A stretch of DNA of 57,346 nucleotides, from assembly GCA_964601675.1 (NCBI GenBank), contig CAZROF010000001.1, positions 1-57,346 of the forward strand, written 5' to 3'. A model generated the notes under the pieces. The model searched no databases and was not told the origin of the DNA. It was given only the letters and a program-made list of their open reading frames with translations. This DNA is from Candidatus Woesearchaeota archaeon. Lineage in GTDB: Archaea > Nanobdellota > Nanobdellia > Pacearchaeales > GW2011-AR1. Shown piece after piece: positions 1 to 7,736 of this stretch (position 1 is its first letter; the number at the start of each line of letters is the position of its first letter). The translations under genes were made by a program, and so were the position numbers.

Positions 1-160
1 CTACTTTAATATTTCTTGAAACTTAAGAGTTGTTAAATGCTGTCGGAGATACTGACTGAGAAACTCGCAGACTCAAAAGGCAACGTCCTTCCAGACTGCT
101 TCCTCTACCCCAAGGCTCAACCGCCTAGACTTCGCATACTCCCTACACAGACATCGGAGA
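1..160 (-). rRNA. rrl: 23S (LSU) rRNA, 5' end only; gene continues leftward off the window
   Basis: The reverse complement of about 43-124 reads GGCGGUUGAGCCUUGGGG..GGAAGGACGUUGCC..GUCUGCGAG..AUCUCCGA. By eye this lines up with the conserved LSU 5' segment (E. coli GGUGGAUGCCCUGGC..GAAGGACGUGC..CUGCGAUAAGC..AUUUCCGAAUGGGG). The region is G+C-richer than its surroundings and has no long ORF. The exact 5' end is uncertain. Confidence 0.5.
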
Positions 161-287
161 TAAATTCATTAAGGCAATAGATGTCAGGACTAAGCAGCCA
201 GTAGGAAAAAATCATCCGTTAAAGCATAGAGACGGAATAGAAATTATGACCAGTTAATTATTTAAAGATTCATTTACTGAAAAAGAA

Positions 288-572
288 ATGGGAATAAATC
301 TTAGTCAAAGAATGTGTTTAATAGTCACAACGGAAAAAAATATAAAAATATTAGAAAAAGATCAACTTGATGCCTTAAAAGAAATAGATATGGAATTTAA
401 AGGAATCGTAAAAGATGAATTCCCAGGACAGGATTTTTCTACAGTTTTAATGAAGAACGATAGTTCTTTAGGAAGTATGTATAGGTTAGCTCGTAAACAT
501 CAGAATGAGGAATATAATAGAGGCATAGAAGACCTTAGGGAAATACAATATAGATTAGAAGGATCAATATAG
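288..572 (+). CDS. hypothetical protein (94 aa)
   Basis: Intact ORF with normal composition; no recognisable motif. Confidence 0.35.
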   Translation: MGINLSQRMCLIVTTEKNIKILEKDQLDALKEIDMEFKGIVKDEFPGQDFSTVLMKNDSSLGSMYRLARKHQNEEYNRGIEDLREIQYRLEGSI

Positions 573-658
573 GGAATAAAGTTTTTTTATAAAAAAGTCA
601 GCAAAGTTATAGTTGGCTCTACCACAACCTTTTAATATCAAATCAATCTAAATCAACT

Positions 659-1060
659 ATGAAAGTAAAAAACAAAACTCTCCTAATTATATTCGCAATC
701 TGCCTAGTGGCATCATCCATTCTAGCGTTCGTCCCAATAAAAGAAATATGCGGAGGAGAAGCCTCTGCTTGTTCGATAGTCCAACACTCAAAATATGAAA
801 GTACTCTCGGAATAAACAATAGCTATTTCGGCATTATAGCATTTACGTTTCTAATCATTTTACTAATTTCTAATTCCAGAAAACCAGAGGACTATAAAAA
901 AATTATCCTAAATATAGGAATAACAGCCTCGGCATTAGTCGCCATATATTTCATCTATCTCCAGCTTTTTATAATAAAAGCTATCTGTCCGTATTGTATG
1001 GTAGTAGATACAGGAAGTATTGCAGCATTCGCAATAATTGTAGCGACGAGAAAAAAATGA
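659..1060 (+). CDS. vitamin K epoxide reductase (VKOR) family membrane oxidoreductase
   Basis: Multi-TM protein with a loop Cys pair (CGGEASAC), an HSKYESTLG segment and a membrane CxxC (CPYC), as in VKOR/DsbB-analog proteins. Confidence 0.7.
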   Translation: MKVKNKTLLIIFAICLVASSILAFVPIKEICGGEASACSIVQHSKYESTLGINNSYFGIIAFTFLIILLISNSRKPEDYKKIILNIGITASALVAIYFIYLQLFIIKAICPYCMVVDTGSIAAFAIIVATRKK

Positions 1061-1269
1061 AAATTAAGTTAAGAGTTCAACCAAATTCTTCTCGTCAAGA
1101 AATACAAAAAAGTATCGACGGTACGATATCAAAAGTCTTTCTAAAGAAGCCAGCAAAAGAAAATTCCGCAAACAAAGAATTAGAAAAACTTCTTTCAAAG
1201 CATTTTAAAGCAAAAGCAAAAATCCTCAAGGGGCATACATCTAAAAACAAAATAATAGAAATAATATAA
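1057..1269 (+). CDS. DUF167 (YggU-like) small protein
   Basis: MKIKLRVQPNSSRQEI...LKGHTSKNKIIEI fits the DUF167 pattern. The ATG at 1057 overlaps the VKOR stop (ATGA). The longer track ORF starting at 994 overlaps the upstream gene. Confidence 0.55.
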   Translation: MKIKLRVQPNSSRQEIQKSIDGTISKVFLKKPAKENSANKELEKLLSKHFKAKAKILKGHTSKNKIIEII

Positions 1270-1571
1270 TGGCATTGGAAGAAATAACATATTATATCGA
1301 CGGGAAAAAGAAAACGATTAAAGCAAAAATCCTCAAAATGACATTAGAAAAAGGCATAGGTCTGATGTTTCAAAAAAATTCCCCTCCACTTTTGTTTCCA
1401 TGTAAGAGATATCAATGGCTTCCAATAACTTCACTATTTTGCAAACCCTTCAAGGCAATATGGCTCGATGAAAAAATGCATGCGACCAGAGTTATCCAAG
1501 TCAAAAAATGGAAATTTAATATTTCTGGATATGGGAAATTTTTATTAGAAATTCCTTTAAATGCTAAATAA
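1269..1571 (+). CDS. DUF192 family protein
   Basis: GIGLMFQ...AIWLDEK...KFLLEIP resembles the DUF192 pattern (GLM..lLF..f.LD..fid...yvLEl). The start overlaps the previous stop. Confidence 0.5.
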   Translation: MALEEITYYIDGKKKTIKAKILKMTLEKGIGLMFQKNSPPLLFPCKRYQWLPITSLFCKPFKAIWLDEKMHATRVIQVKKWKFNISGYGKFLLEIPLNAK

Positions 1572-1752
1572 TACAACTTCTCGTCGATAAAATTGATTAT
1601 AAATAACTAAACTCCTTTCACTCAAGAGTGGAATGACAAAAATAACCAAGTCAACATAAATTGAAAATTTCGGAATTTACTTTCAAAAATTTTTTTAAAT
1701 TAAAACCTCGACGATGTTCTGAGTTACTAGCCGATTTTGTATATGACCAAAA

Positions 1753-1812
1753 CATTTAAATAGAAAATCAACTCTAAAGAATTAAGTTTACGAAGAAGAG
1801 GTAAAAAGGAGG
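1753..1812 (+). promoter_or_regulatory. TATA-like box (catttaaata, 1753-1762) plus Shine-Dalgarno GGAGG (1808-1812) for the 1820 gene
   Basis: The A/T box sits about 60 nt upstream of the ATG, and GGAGG lies 7 nt upstream of the ATG. This is one of the few genes here with an evident leader and SD. Confidence 0.4.
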
Positions 1813-1819
1813 TTAAAAA

Positions 1820-2032
1820 ATGGGAAAAATCATTGCAAAAAATGTCGTTGAACGAAAATCTGGATTTCTATATTATGTAGATGGGCAAGGTAACGTTTGC
1901 GAAGCTAAAATGGCTAGAGGCGGAAAGAAGAAGAAAAAGGTTATTAAGAAAGTAGTCAAAAAGAAAGTAGTCAAGAAAAAAGTAACCAAAAAGAAAGTCG
2001 TTAAGAAGAAAGCAACCAAGAAGAAGAAGTAA
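1820..2032 (+). CDS. small basic protein: about 35-aa beta-hairpin-like N-domain plus Lys-rich KKKVV-repeat tail
   Basis: MGKIIAKNVVERKSGFLYYVDGQGNVCEAKMARGG is followed by (KKKVV/T)n. It has a strong SD. I treat it as a candidate nucleic-acid-binding or chromatin protein. Confidence 0.6.
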   Translation: MGKIIAKNVVERKSGFLYYVDGQGNVCEAKMARGGKKKKKVIKKVVKKKVVKKKVTKKKVVKKKATKKKK

Positions 2033-2067
2033 ATCTTCAATTATTATTATTTAATTAAATCATATTC

Positions 2068-2105
2068 AATGAATCTCCCTCGTTAGGGAGCTTGGGAGAT
2101 TCATT
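2068..2105. terminator. perfect 12-bp inverted repeat hairpin between convergent genes
   Basis: AATGAATCTCCC (2068-2079) and GGGAGATTCATT (2094-2105) with a 14-nt loop, flanked by T/A runs. It lies between the ends of the 1820-2032(+) and 2152-2532(-) genes. Confidence 0.45.
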
Positions 2106-2151
2106 ATAATTTATTCAATTTTTAAAGTCTTCTAACATATAATTAACTTGT

Positions 2152-2532
2152 TTACTTTTTATTCTCTCTAAAATTAGTAATAGCCAACTTCAAAGCATCC
2201 GCAGCCAAATTAGAACAATGCTCCTTAATCGAAGGCAATTTACCCAAAGCCTTTGAAACATCCTTGTTTGTTATTTTCTCTGCTTCTTTTAATGTCTTTC
2301 CTTTAGCCAATTCTGTAGTCATAGAACTCGTAGCAATAGCAGCAACGCAACCCATCGTCTGAAATTTTATATCCGAAATCTTGTCATCACTAACTTTAAT
2401 CATAATTTTCATAACATCACCACAGCTCGGATTCCCAACTATAGCCTCAGCATCAGCATCTTTTAATTCCCCCATATTTCGCGGGTTCCTAAAATAATCT
2501 AAGACATTCTTATTATAATCAACATTGCTCAT
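2152..2532 (-). CDS. iscU: IscU/NifU-type Fe-S cluster scaffold
   Basis: GNPSCGDVM, FQTMGCVAAIATSS and HCSNLAADAL match the three conserved Cys motifs of IscU/NifU-N. Confidence 0.85.
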   Translation of the reverse strand: MSNVDYNKNVLDYFRNPRNMGELKDADAEAIVGNPSCGDVMKIMIKVSDDKISDIKFQTMGCVAAIATSSMTTELAKGKTLKEAEKITNKDVSKALGKLPSIKEHCSNLAADALKLAITNFRENKK

Positions 2533-2725
2533 CAGAATTTAACTCCTTTACTAACTCATCAATATTAACCCCATGCTGCTTAGCTCCCTCTTCTAACGTC
2601 TCGAACTGTGCCATTGGGCAACCTCCACAGAATAAACCACGCTCACCTAATTTACGTCCAGCTTCCCTGTTTAATTCGATTATCTCCGCAAATGTCATAT
2701 CCTTATTAATTTCCTTTTTTACCAT
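2519..2725 (-). CDS. DUF1858 / hybrid-cluster-protein-associated redox disulfide domain protein
   Basis: MTFAEII...GLFCGGCPMAQFETLEEGAKQHGVNIDELV fits the DUF1858 CGGCP family. It overlaps both neighbours, which suggests operon coupling. Confidence 0.65.
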   Translation of the reverse strand: MVKKEINKDMTFAEIIELNREAGRKLGERGLFCGGCPMAQFETLEEGAKQHGVNIDELVKELNSDEQC

Positions 2726-3870
2726 TACTCCTCCTCCATATCTTCATTGAATTTAAATGGACTTATCTCTCTTAATTTTTCAACACCCTTTCGAATATTC
2801 TCTGTAATATAGCTCTCATTTCCAATCACATCAGTCCCTAAACTAAGGCGTAAGCTCCCATGAATATACATCTCATCAACCCCAATTACTTTTAACACAT
2901 AACTTTCTTTTAGTTTAGTTGAAGCACAAGCCGAGCCAGTAGAAACATAGATTCCCACTTCATTTAACATAAGCATCAAACTCTCCCCCTCAATTCCGTA
3001 AAATGAAACATTAATATTATTGTAAATCCTATCTCTCATATGCCCATTAATCCTAACACCCTTAATCTCTCTTAACATTTCAATAATCAAGTCCCGACTA
3101 GCCCTAACATTATCAATTTTAAAATCAACATCAATAGCAGCAGCTAGTCCAACCGCCCCAGGCACATTTTCAGTTCCACTTCTAAGCCCACCCTCTTGTC
3201 CACCTCCAGTCACGATAGGTTTGATTTTTACTCCGTCTCGAACATATAATATCCCAATACCCTTGGGTGCACAAACCTTGTGCCCAGAAACCGACATCAA
3301 ATCAATAGAAGCCATAGCAAGATTTTCCTTCAAAAATCCCTGCACATTATCAGTATGAAAATAAACACCACGCTTCTTACAGATTCTCCCAATTTCTTCG
3401 ACAGGCTCAATTACCCCAATTTCATTATTAACATACATTACTGAAACTAAAAGCGTATCATCCCTAATCTTTCTTCTAATATCATCAATACTCACCATAC
3501 CTTCGCTGTCAACATCCAAATAGTCAACATCATAGCCCTCTTTCTCCAAATCTCTACAAGTATCCAAAACGCAAGGATGTTCTATGCTAGAAGTTATAAT
3601 ATGTTTCTTTTCGGGGTTAGCTTTTGCAAGTCCACGAATAGCCAAATTATTAGATTCAGTCCCCCCGCTAGTAAAAATAATCTCTTTTGGTTCACATCCA
3701 AAATAACCAGCAATTTTCTCTCTGGCATATTCAAGCTTAGCCTTAGCTATCTTTCCCACATTATGCAAGCTAGAAGCATTCCCATAACTAAGCGTCATAA
3801 CCTCATCCACAAATTTAGCCACATTATCATCCACCTTGGTAGTCGCAGCATTGTCTAAATAAATTTCCAT
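2725..3870 (-). CDS. iscS: cysteine desulfurase (NifS/IscS, class V aminotransferase)
   Basis: MEIYLDNAATT.., SGGTESNN, SVSGHKV (PLP Lys) and GSACAS (active-site Cys loop). The start is taken at ATG 3870, 1 nt after the upstream stop. The track ORF extension to 3933 overlaps the upstream gene. Confidence 0.9.
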   Translation of the reverse strand: MEIYLDNAATTKVDDNVAKFVDEVMTLSYGNASSLHNVGKIAKAKLEYAREKIAGYFGCEPKEIIFTSGGTESNNLAIRGLAKANPEKKHIITSSIEHPCVLDTCRDLEKEGYDVDYLDVDSEGMVSIDDIRRKIRDDTLLVSVMYVNNEIGVIEPVEEIGRICKKRGVYFHTDNVQGFLKENLAMASIDLMSVSGHKVCAPKGIGILYVRDGVKIKPIVTGGGQEGGLRSGTENVPGAVGLAAAIDVDFKIDNVRASRDLIIEMLREIKGVRINGHMRDRIYNNINVSFYGIEGESLMLMLNEVGIYVSTGSACASTKLKESYVLKVIGVDEMYIHGSLRLSLGTDVIGNESYITENIRKGVEKLREISPFKFNEDMEEE

Positions 3871-3871
3871 T

Positions 3872-4237
3872 TCAATATTCAGGATCACAATTACAGTAAT
3901 CCAAAACCTCCTTATTATATTGCTTACAGACATTACAACTGCACTTATTGTCCTTCATAAATCTAAGGATTTTTTGAATTTCTAAAATAGCAATCTTAGG
4001 ATTTTCACTAATTAAAATAGCCGATTTTTTAATTTCAACTTTCGTTTTTGAATTAAGTTTAACTTTATTCGCCCTCTTGTTGGATAAGTATTGACTAACT
4101 GCCGCTTTACTAATTCCAAGAGCATTTCCCGCTTTTTCATAACTAAACCCATACTTATTTGTCAATAGCTTAGCTAGTTCTTTGCGAATAGCAGGAAGGA
4201 TATACCAAACTTCGATTTCCTGAGGTAGTGAATACAT
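3872..4237 (-). CDS. HTH transcriptional regulator with C-terminal Cys cluster
   Basis: YEKAGNALGISKAAVSQYLSNKR is a helix-turn-helix. The C-terminus is CSCNVCKQYNKEVLDYCNCD (five Cys). It is the first gene of the iscS-iscU operon. Confidence 0.65.
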   Translation of the reverse strand: MYSLPQEIEVWYILPAIRKELAKLLTNKYGFSYEKAGNALGISKAAVSQYLSNKRANKVKLNSKTKVEIKKSAILISENPKIAILEIQKILRFMKDNKCSCNVCKQYNKEVLDYCNCDPEY

Positions 4238-4238
4238 A

Positions 4239-4254
4239 GTTAACTATAGTTAAC
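4239..4254. promoter_or_regulatory. 16-bp perfect palindrome GTTAACTATAGTTAAC, candidate operator
   Basis: It lies 1 nt upstream of the regulator ATG (4237, minus strand). It sits between that ATG and a TATA-like tttataaataaat (about 4255-4270 on the minus strand). Confidence 0.45.
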
Positions 4255-4506
4255 ATTTATTTATAAAACTTTCTAAAAATAAATTTTTATGATAATTATT
4301 CCCTACAATCCAGCTTCCCGGGGTTTTTATTTTTTTCTTTATATTATACTGAATAAGAATGTCCCTTATTTTAACTTGAAGAATTCCTTCCTTATTAATT
4401 TCTTTTTCATCAGATAAGAAACATCCTTATCAAAAAATTAATTTATGCAATAAAATAATTATATCTACTTACAACATATATCTCCTGTTTGCGCACTATT
4501 CAAAAA

Positions 4507-4677
4507 TTAAACAACTGAAATAGCCCCAACCGGACATCCACTCTCAGCAGCTTTAGCGCAATCACTGTCTCCTTTGCCATGAGCTTTACCTTCTCTCATC
4601 TCAAAACTCTTAGGACAAGTTGCAACACAAGCACCACATCCAATGCATTTATCTTTATCCACACTTATTTTAACCAT
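4507..4677 (-). CDS. small single-cluster 4Fe-4S ferredoxin (56 aa), not in the ORF track
   Basis: My translation is MVKISVDKDKCIGCGACVATCPKSFEMREGKAHGKGDSDCAKAAESGCPVGAISVV*. It has CxxCxxC...CP plus a distal CP. The start overlaps the upstream ORF end by 8 nt. Confidence 0.7.
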   Translation of the reverse strand: MVKISVDKDKCIGCGACVATCPKSFEMREGKAHGKGDSDCAKAAESGCPVGAISVV

Positions 4678-4873
4678 TTTTCACCTCACTTTTATTTATT
4701 TCAATATTAGGTGTGGCATTTCCAGAATTATTTATTCGAAAATATTCATTATGAATAATCTCATTATTAAAAGTAGAACCTGTTATTACATTCCCAGTCA
4801 TATTCGTCACAAATAAAAATCCCAGACCAACAAGAATCAAAATACCAATACCAATTAACAACCTCCTATCCAT
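4670..4873 (-). CDS. small N-terminally anchored membrane protein
   Basis: One TM helix (LLIGIGILILVGLGFLFV). It appears translationally coupled to the ferredoxin ORF. Confidence 0.4.
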   Translation of the reverse strand: MDRRLLIGIGILILVGLGFLFVTNMTGNVITGSTFNNEIIHNEYFRINNSGNATPNIEINKSEVKNG

Positions 4874-4894
4874 AAATAAAGGATAACAGTAATG

Positions 4895-4903
4895 TTTATA
4901 AAT
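4895..4903 (+). promoter_or_regulatory. TATA-like box tttataaat upstream of lemA
   Basis: It ends 20 nt before the ATG at 4924. The same spacing recurs at many genes, which implies short or absent leaders. Confidence 0.4.
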
Positions 4904-4923
4904 TTAATCGAACTAAATAAAAT

Positions 4924-5472
4924 ATGATAACTTGGATTCTAATTGCTATATTAACAATTATAGTCGCAACCTTCTTAACTTATTATAATCGTTTCGTGGC
5001 ATTATCTCAACAAATAGACAACTCCCTAGCGCAAATTAATGTTCAACTAAAAAAACGTTCTGACCTAATTCCAAATCTATTGTCCTCAGTAAAGGGTTAT
5101 ATGAAGCACGAGCGAGCGGCAATAAAAGAAGTAACTGATGCAAGAAAAGCATTAGTCTCAGCAAAGGGTGTTGAGAAAAAAATGCAGGCAGGAAATCAAT
5201 TGCAATCAGCCCTAAAGTCAATCTTCGCAATTGCAGAGGGATATCCAGATCTAAAAGCGAATACAACATTCCTTCAACTGCAACAAGAACTCTCCTCAAT
5301 AGAGGACAAGGTCGCATACGCTCGACAATATTATAACGACGGGATAATGTCTTATAATGTAATGACGAAAAAAGTTCCAGGTATGTGGTTTGCTTCATTA
5401 TACGGATTTAAGGCAAGAGAATATTTAAAAATTCCAGAAGCAGCAAAGGCAGTGCCCAAGATTGAATTCTAA
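4924..5472 (+). CDS. lemA: LemA family protein
   Basis: N-terminal TM helix plus the YNRFV..IDNSLAQINVQLKKRSDLIPNL..V.GY..HE pattern typical of LemA. Confidence 0.85.
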   Translation: MITWILIAILTIIVATFLTYYNRFVALSQQIDNSLAQINVQLKKRSDLIPNLLSSVKGYMKHERAAIKEVTDARKALVSAKGVEKKMQAGNQLQSALKSIFAIAEGYPDLKANTTFLQLQQELSSIEDKVAYARQYYNDGIMSYNVMTKKVPGMWFASLYGFKAREYLKIPEAAKAVPKIEF

Positions 5473-5552
5473 AAATTCGCGCCATTCGTGAAAATTCGCG
5501 GATAAATTTTTTCCATACCAAAATATAAAAACCAATCTCACCTCTCAAATTT

Positions 5553-6443
5553 ATGCAAACACAACGCCTCTCATTCCACGACGAAATCAGAAAAAACAAA
5601 ATCAGTTCCTATTTCCTAGTCACAATTATCCTTTTTACTTTACTGTTGCTAACCTATTCAATTGCATTCATAATAGGTGGAAACTACTTCTTCCTAATCC
5701 TAATAATAGGAATCCCAATATCAATCGGTTACGTCCTAATAGGCTTTTATAATTCAGACAAAATAGCAATAGCATCTGCCAATGCAAAACTAGCAAAAGG
5801 CCCACAATACAGACAATATCACAACACAGTAGAGGGATTGTGCCTAGCATCTGGTCTACCAAAACCGCGTCTCTACATTATGCAAAACCAACAAATCAAT
5901 GCTTTCGCATCAGGAAGAGATCCGGAGCATGCCATCGTATGTGTTACACAAGGAGCGCTAGACAAGCTATCAAAACAGGAACTTGAAGGCGTCCTCGCTC
6001 ACGAACTTTCCCATATCGCAAACTATGACATCCGCTTTATGACTCTGACCGCAGTTCTAGTCGGAATGATAGCAATAATTTCCGAAATGTTTTTACGAAG
6101 TTTATTTTGGTCTTCATTCACGGGAGGAAATAATAGAAATAATAATAACGTGATATTCATGATAATCGGAATTGCTCTTGCAATCCTCGCTCCAATAATC
6201 GTAGCACTCGTCCAGCTATCAATATCGAGAAAACGGGAATACGCAGCCGATTCTTCTGCCGTGAAATTCATGCGAACCCCAACGGGATTAATTGGAGCCC
6301 TAACAAAAATAAAGAATAACACTCCGATGAAAGTTTCTGGTGCAGTCTCGCCATTGTTCTTGGCAAAACCTACAAAGGAAAAAGAATGGTTTCAGACTCA
6401 TCCACCCTTGTCTAAGAGAATTGCGAGACTGGAAAGGATGTAA
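5553..6443 (+). CDS. htpX: HtpX-like M48 zinc metalloprotease
   Basis: HELSHIANYD (HExxH), multiple TM helices, NAFASG and REYAADS motifs. It has the classic LemA-HtpX pairing. Confidence 0.85.
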   Translation: MQTQRLSFHDEIRKNKISSYFLVTIILFTLLLLTYSIAFIIGGNYFFLILIIGIPISIGYVLIGFYNSDKIAIASANAKLAKGPQYRQYHNTVEGLCLASGLPKPRLYIMQNQQINAFASGRDPEHAIVCVTQGALDKLSKQELEGVLAHELSHIANYDIRFMTLTAVLVGMIAIISEMFLRSLFWSSFTGGNNRNNNNVIFMIIGIALAILAPIIVALVQLSISRKREYAADSSAVKFMRTPTGLIGALTKIKNNTPMKVSGAVSPLFLAKPTKEKEWFQTHPPLSKRIARLERM

Positions 6444-6487
6444 TCAAACCCATATAACTTTATAAACTTAAAAATATTCTCCTTAAT

Positions 6488-6766
6488 ATGGGCAATATAG
6501 AAAAAGTTTTTGTAAATCCAGAAGGAGAAATTAAATCATTATTCTACGAAACAAGAACAGGAAGAACCGTCGACAATCCTGTGCTTATAATTTCCAAGTC
6601 AGAAGACATAAGCGATGAAGTTGAAAGAAGATTGCCGGAAGGTGCAAACGCTTATTCTTGTAGCCTATCAAGGAAGATGCAGGATTCAAAAGAGGGATTT
6701 GCATTTGCTATAACGGGGTTTTATCCTTGCTATGCTGCTTCGGTTCAATATCATAAAATAGATTGA
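6488..6766 (+). CDS. hypothetical protein (92 aa)
   Basis: ORF only. Confidence 0.3.
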   Translation: MGNIEKVFVNPEGEIKSLFYETRTGRTVDNPVLIISKSEDISDEVERRLPEGANAYSCSLSRKMQDSKEGFAFAITGFYPCYAASVQYHKID

Positions 6767-6862
6767 TAGTTATGCTTTTGGCTGGACATTTATAAGATTG
6801 CAAATTGAAAAGGATATGAAGTAATTATTTTATAATGACTACAGGCACTAACTCTTATAAAG

Positions 6863-7735
6863 ATGCAATCTCGTATTATTATTATGCCAACAACTGAAAA
6901 ATTGGAAGAAAGATTATATAATATTTTTACACATAGAGAACATAGGTGTGGCAAAAAAGACGCAACAAGGAAGCCGGCTATAATTCAAAACATCAGGCAC
7001 AGACTAGATAAAGAACTTCCTATACATTTTCTACAATTTTGGGGCGGGGCAAAAAATCCCAATCTAGCTATTTCTTCTGCTGATTTATGTGAAGAAAGAT
7101 CCTTAGATCATTTGTTTGCTATACATAATGAGGTAAAAAAGATTTATAATCCAGGGCTGGCAATCACTATTTCAACTGGAGATGGGAGAGTAAAATTCGC
7201 AAATGATATACCTAAGGAAGATGTGGAAGAATATAATGATAGTTTTTTAAAAATGTTATCTAATTCTAAATACGAGGGGATATTTAATTTGAAACCTGTC
7301 TCAGTTTTTTACTCAGAGAATAAATCATTTTGGAGTACGCTTAAAGAAACCTACAAAGAGGTTAACGAGAGCTTTGATTCTTTGCCGTGTATAGATAGGT
7401 TATTGCAGGATGGGAGTAATAATATAAAAGGCTTAAATCTCGACAGGCGAGAAGCTGCATTGAGATACGTTTCCATTATGGTTACAGAAGAAAGAGTAAA
7501 ACTATACGAAGAATTTGAAGACCACATTAGAACCTTTTTTATAAAATTTGGTTCTGATTATGGCGCGATTTATAAAAAATTTCTTCCTGATTTGGAAAGT
7601 CCATTTTTGACATCTAAATGTGGGCTGTCTTTTTATACTGGTTCAAAGGGGAATATAACTCAACCATGGCAAGCAAAAGCTATAGTAGAAGATAATAAGG
7701 TATTATTTTTAAGTCAAAGAAGATTAAAAGGATAG
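6863..7735 (+). CDS. PvcA/Dit1-family (isonitrile-synthase-like) protein
   Basis: By eye against P. aeruginosa PvcA as recalled: PIHFLQFWGGAKNPN..DLCEERSL..IYNPGLAITISTGDGRV..DVEEYN..ML versus PIRFVLPAFPAKSPN..DMAEELSL..VYPPGARLTICSDGRVF..AVSRYG..MI. Also TQPWQAKAIV versus TPWHGVAV near the C-terminus. Confidence 0.5.
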   Translation: MQSRIIIMPTTEKLEERLYNIFTHREHRCGKKDATRKPAIIQNIRHRLDKELPIHFLQFWGGAKNPNLAISSADLCEERSLDHLFAIHNEVKKIYNPGLAITISTGDGRVKFANDIPKEDVEEYNDSFLKMLSNSKYEGIFNLKPVSVFYSENKSFWSTLKETYKEVNESFDSLPCIDRLLQDGSNNIKGLNLDRREAALRYVSIMVTEERVKLYEEFEDHIRTFFIKFGSDYGAIYKKFLPDLESPFLTSKCGLSFYTGSKGNITQPWQAKAIVEDNKVLFLSQRRLKG

Positions 7736-7736
7736 T

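Noticed and set aside
1921-2029. Tandem 15-nt repeats that could be mistaken for a repeat array or CRISPR.
   Set aside because: They lie in-frame inside a CDS and encode the KKKVV tail. There are no spacers and no cas genes in the window.
3577-3858. 93-aa plus-strand ORF inside the cysteine desulfurase gene. Similar antisense ORFs occur at 5036-5398, 6023-6322, 12771-13445, 15062-15939, 22189-22482, 39292-39670, 43066-43404 and elsewhere.
   Set aside because: These are shadow ORFs on the opposite strand of genes with strong family motifs. Their translations are low-complexity and carry no motifs.
3871-3933. N-terminal extension of the iscS ORF (track start 3933) and the analogous extensions at 994-1056, 10355-10411, 18100-18129, 25313-25357, 50118-50171 and 54789-54818.
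   Set aside because: The extensions overlap upstream genes or begin at TTG/GTG. Downstream ATGs give N-termini that match family consensus or a signal peptide.
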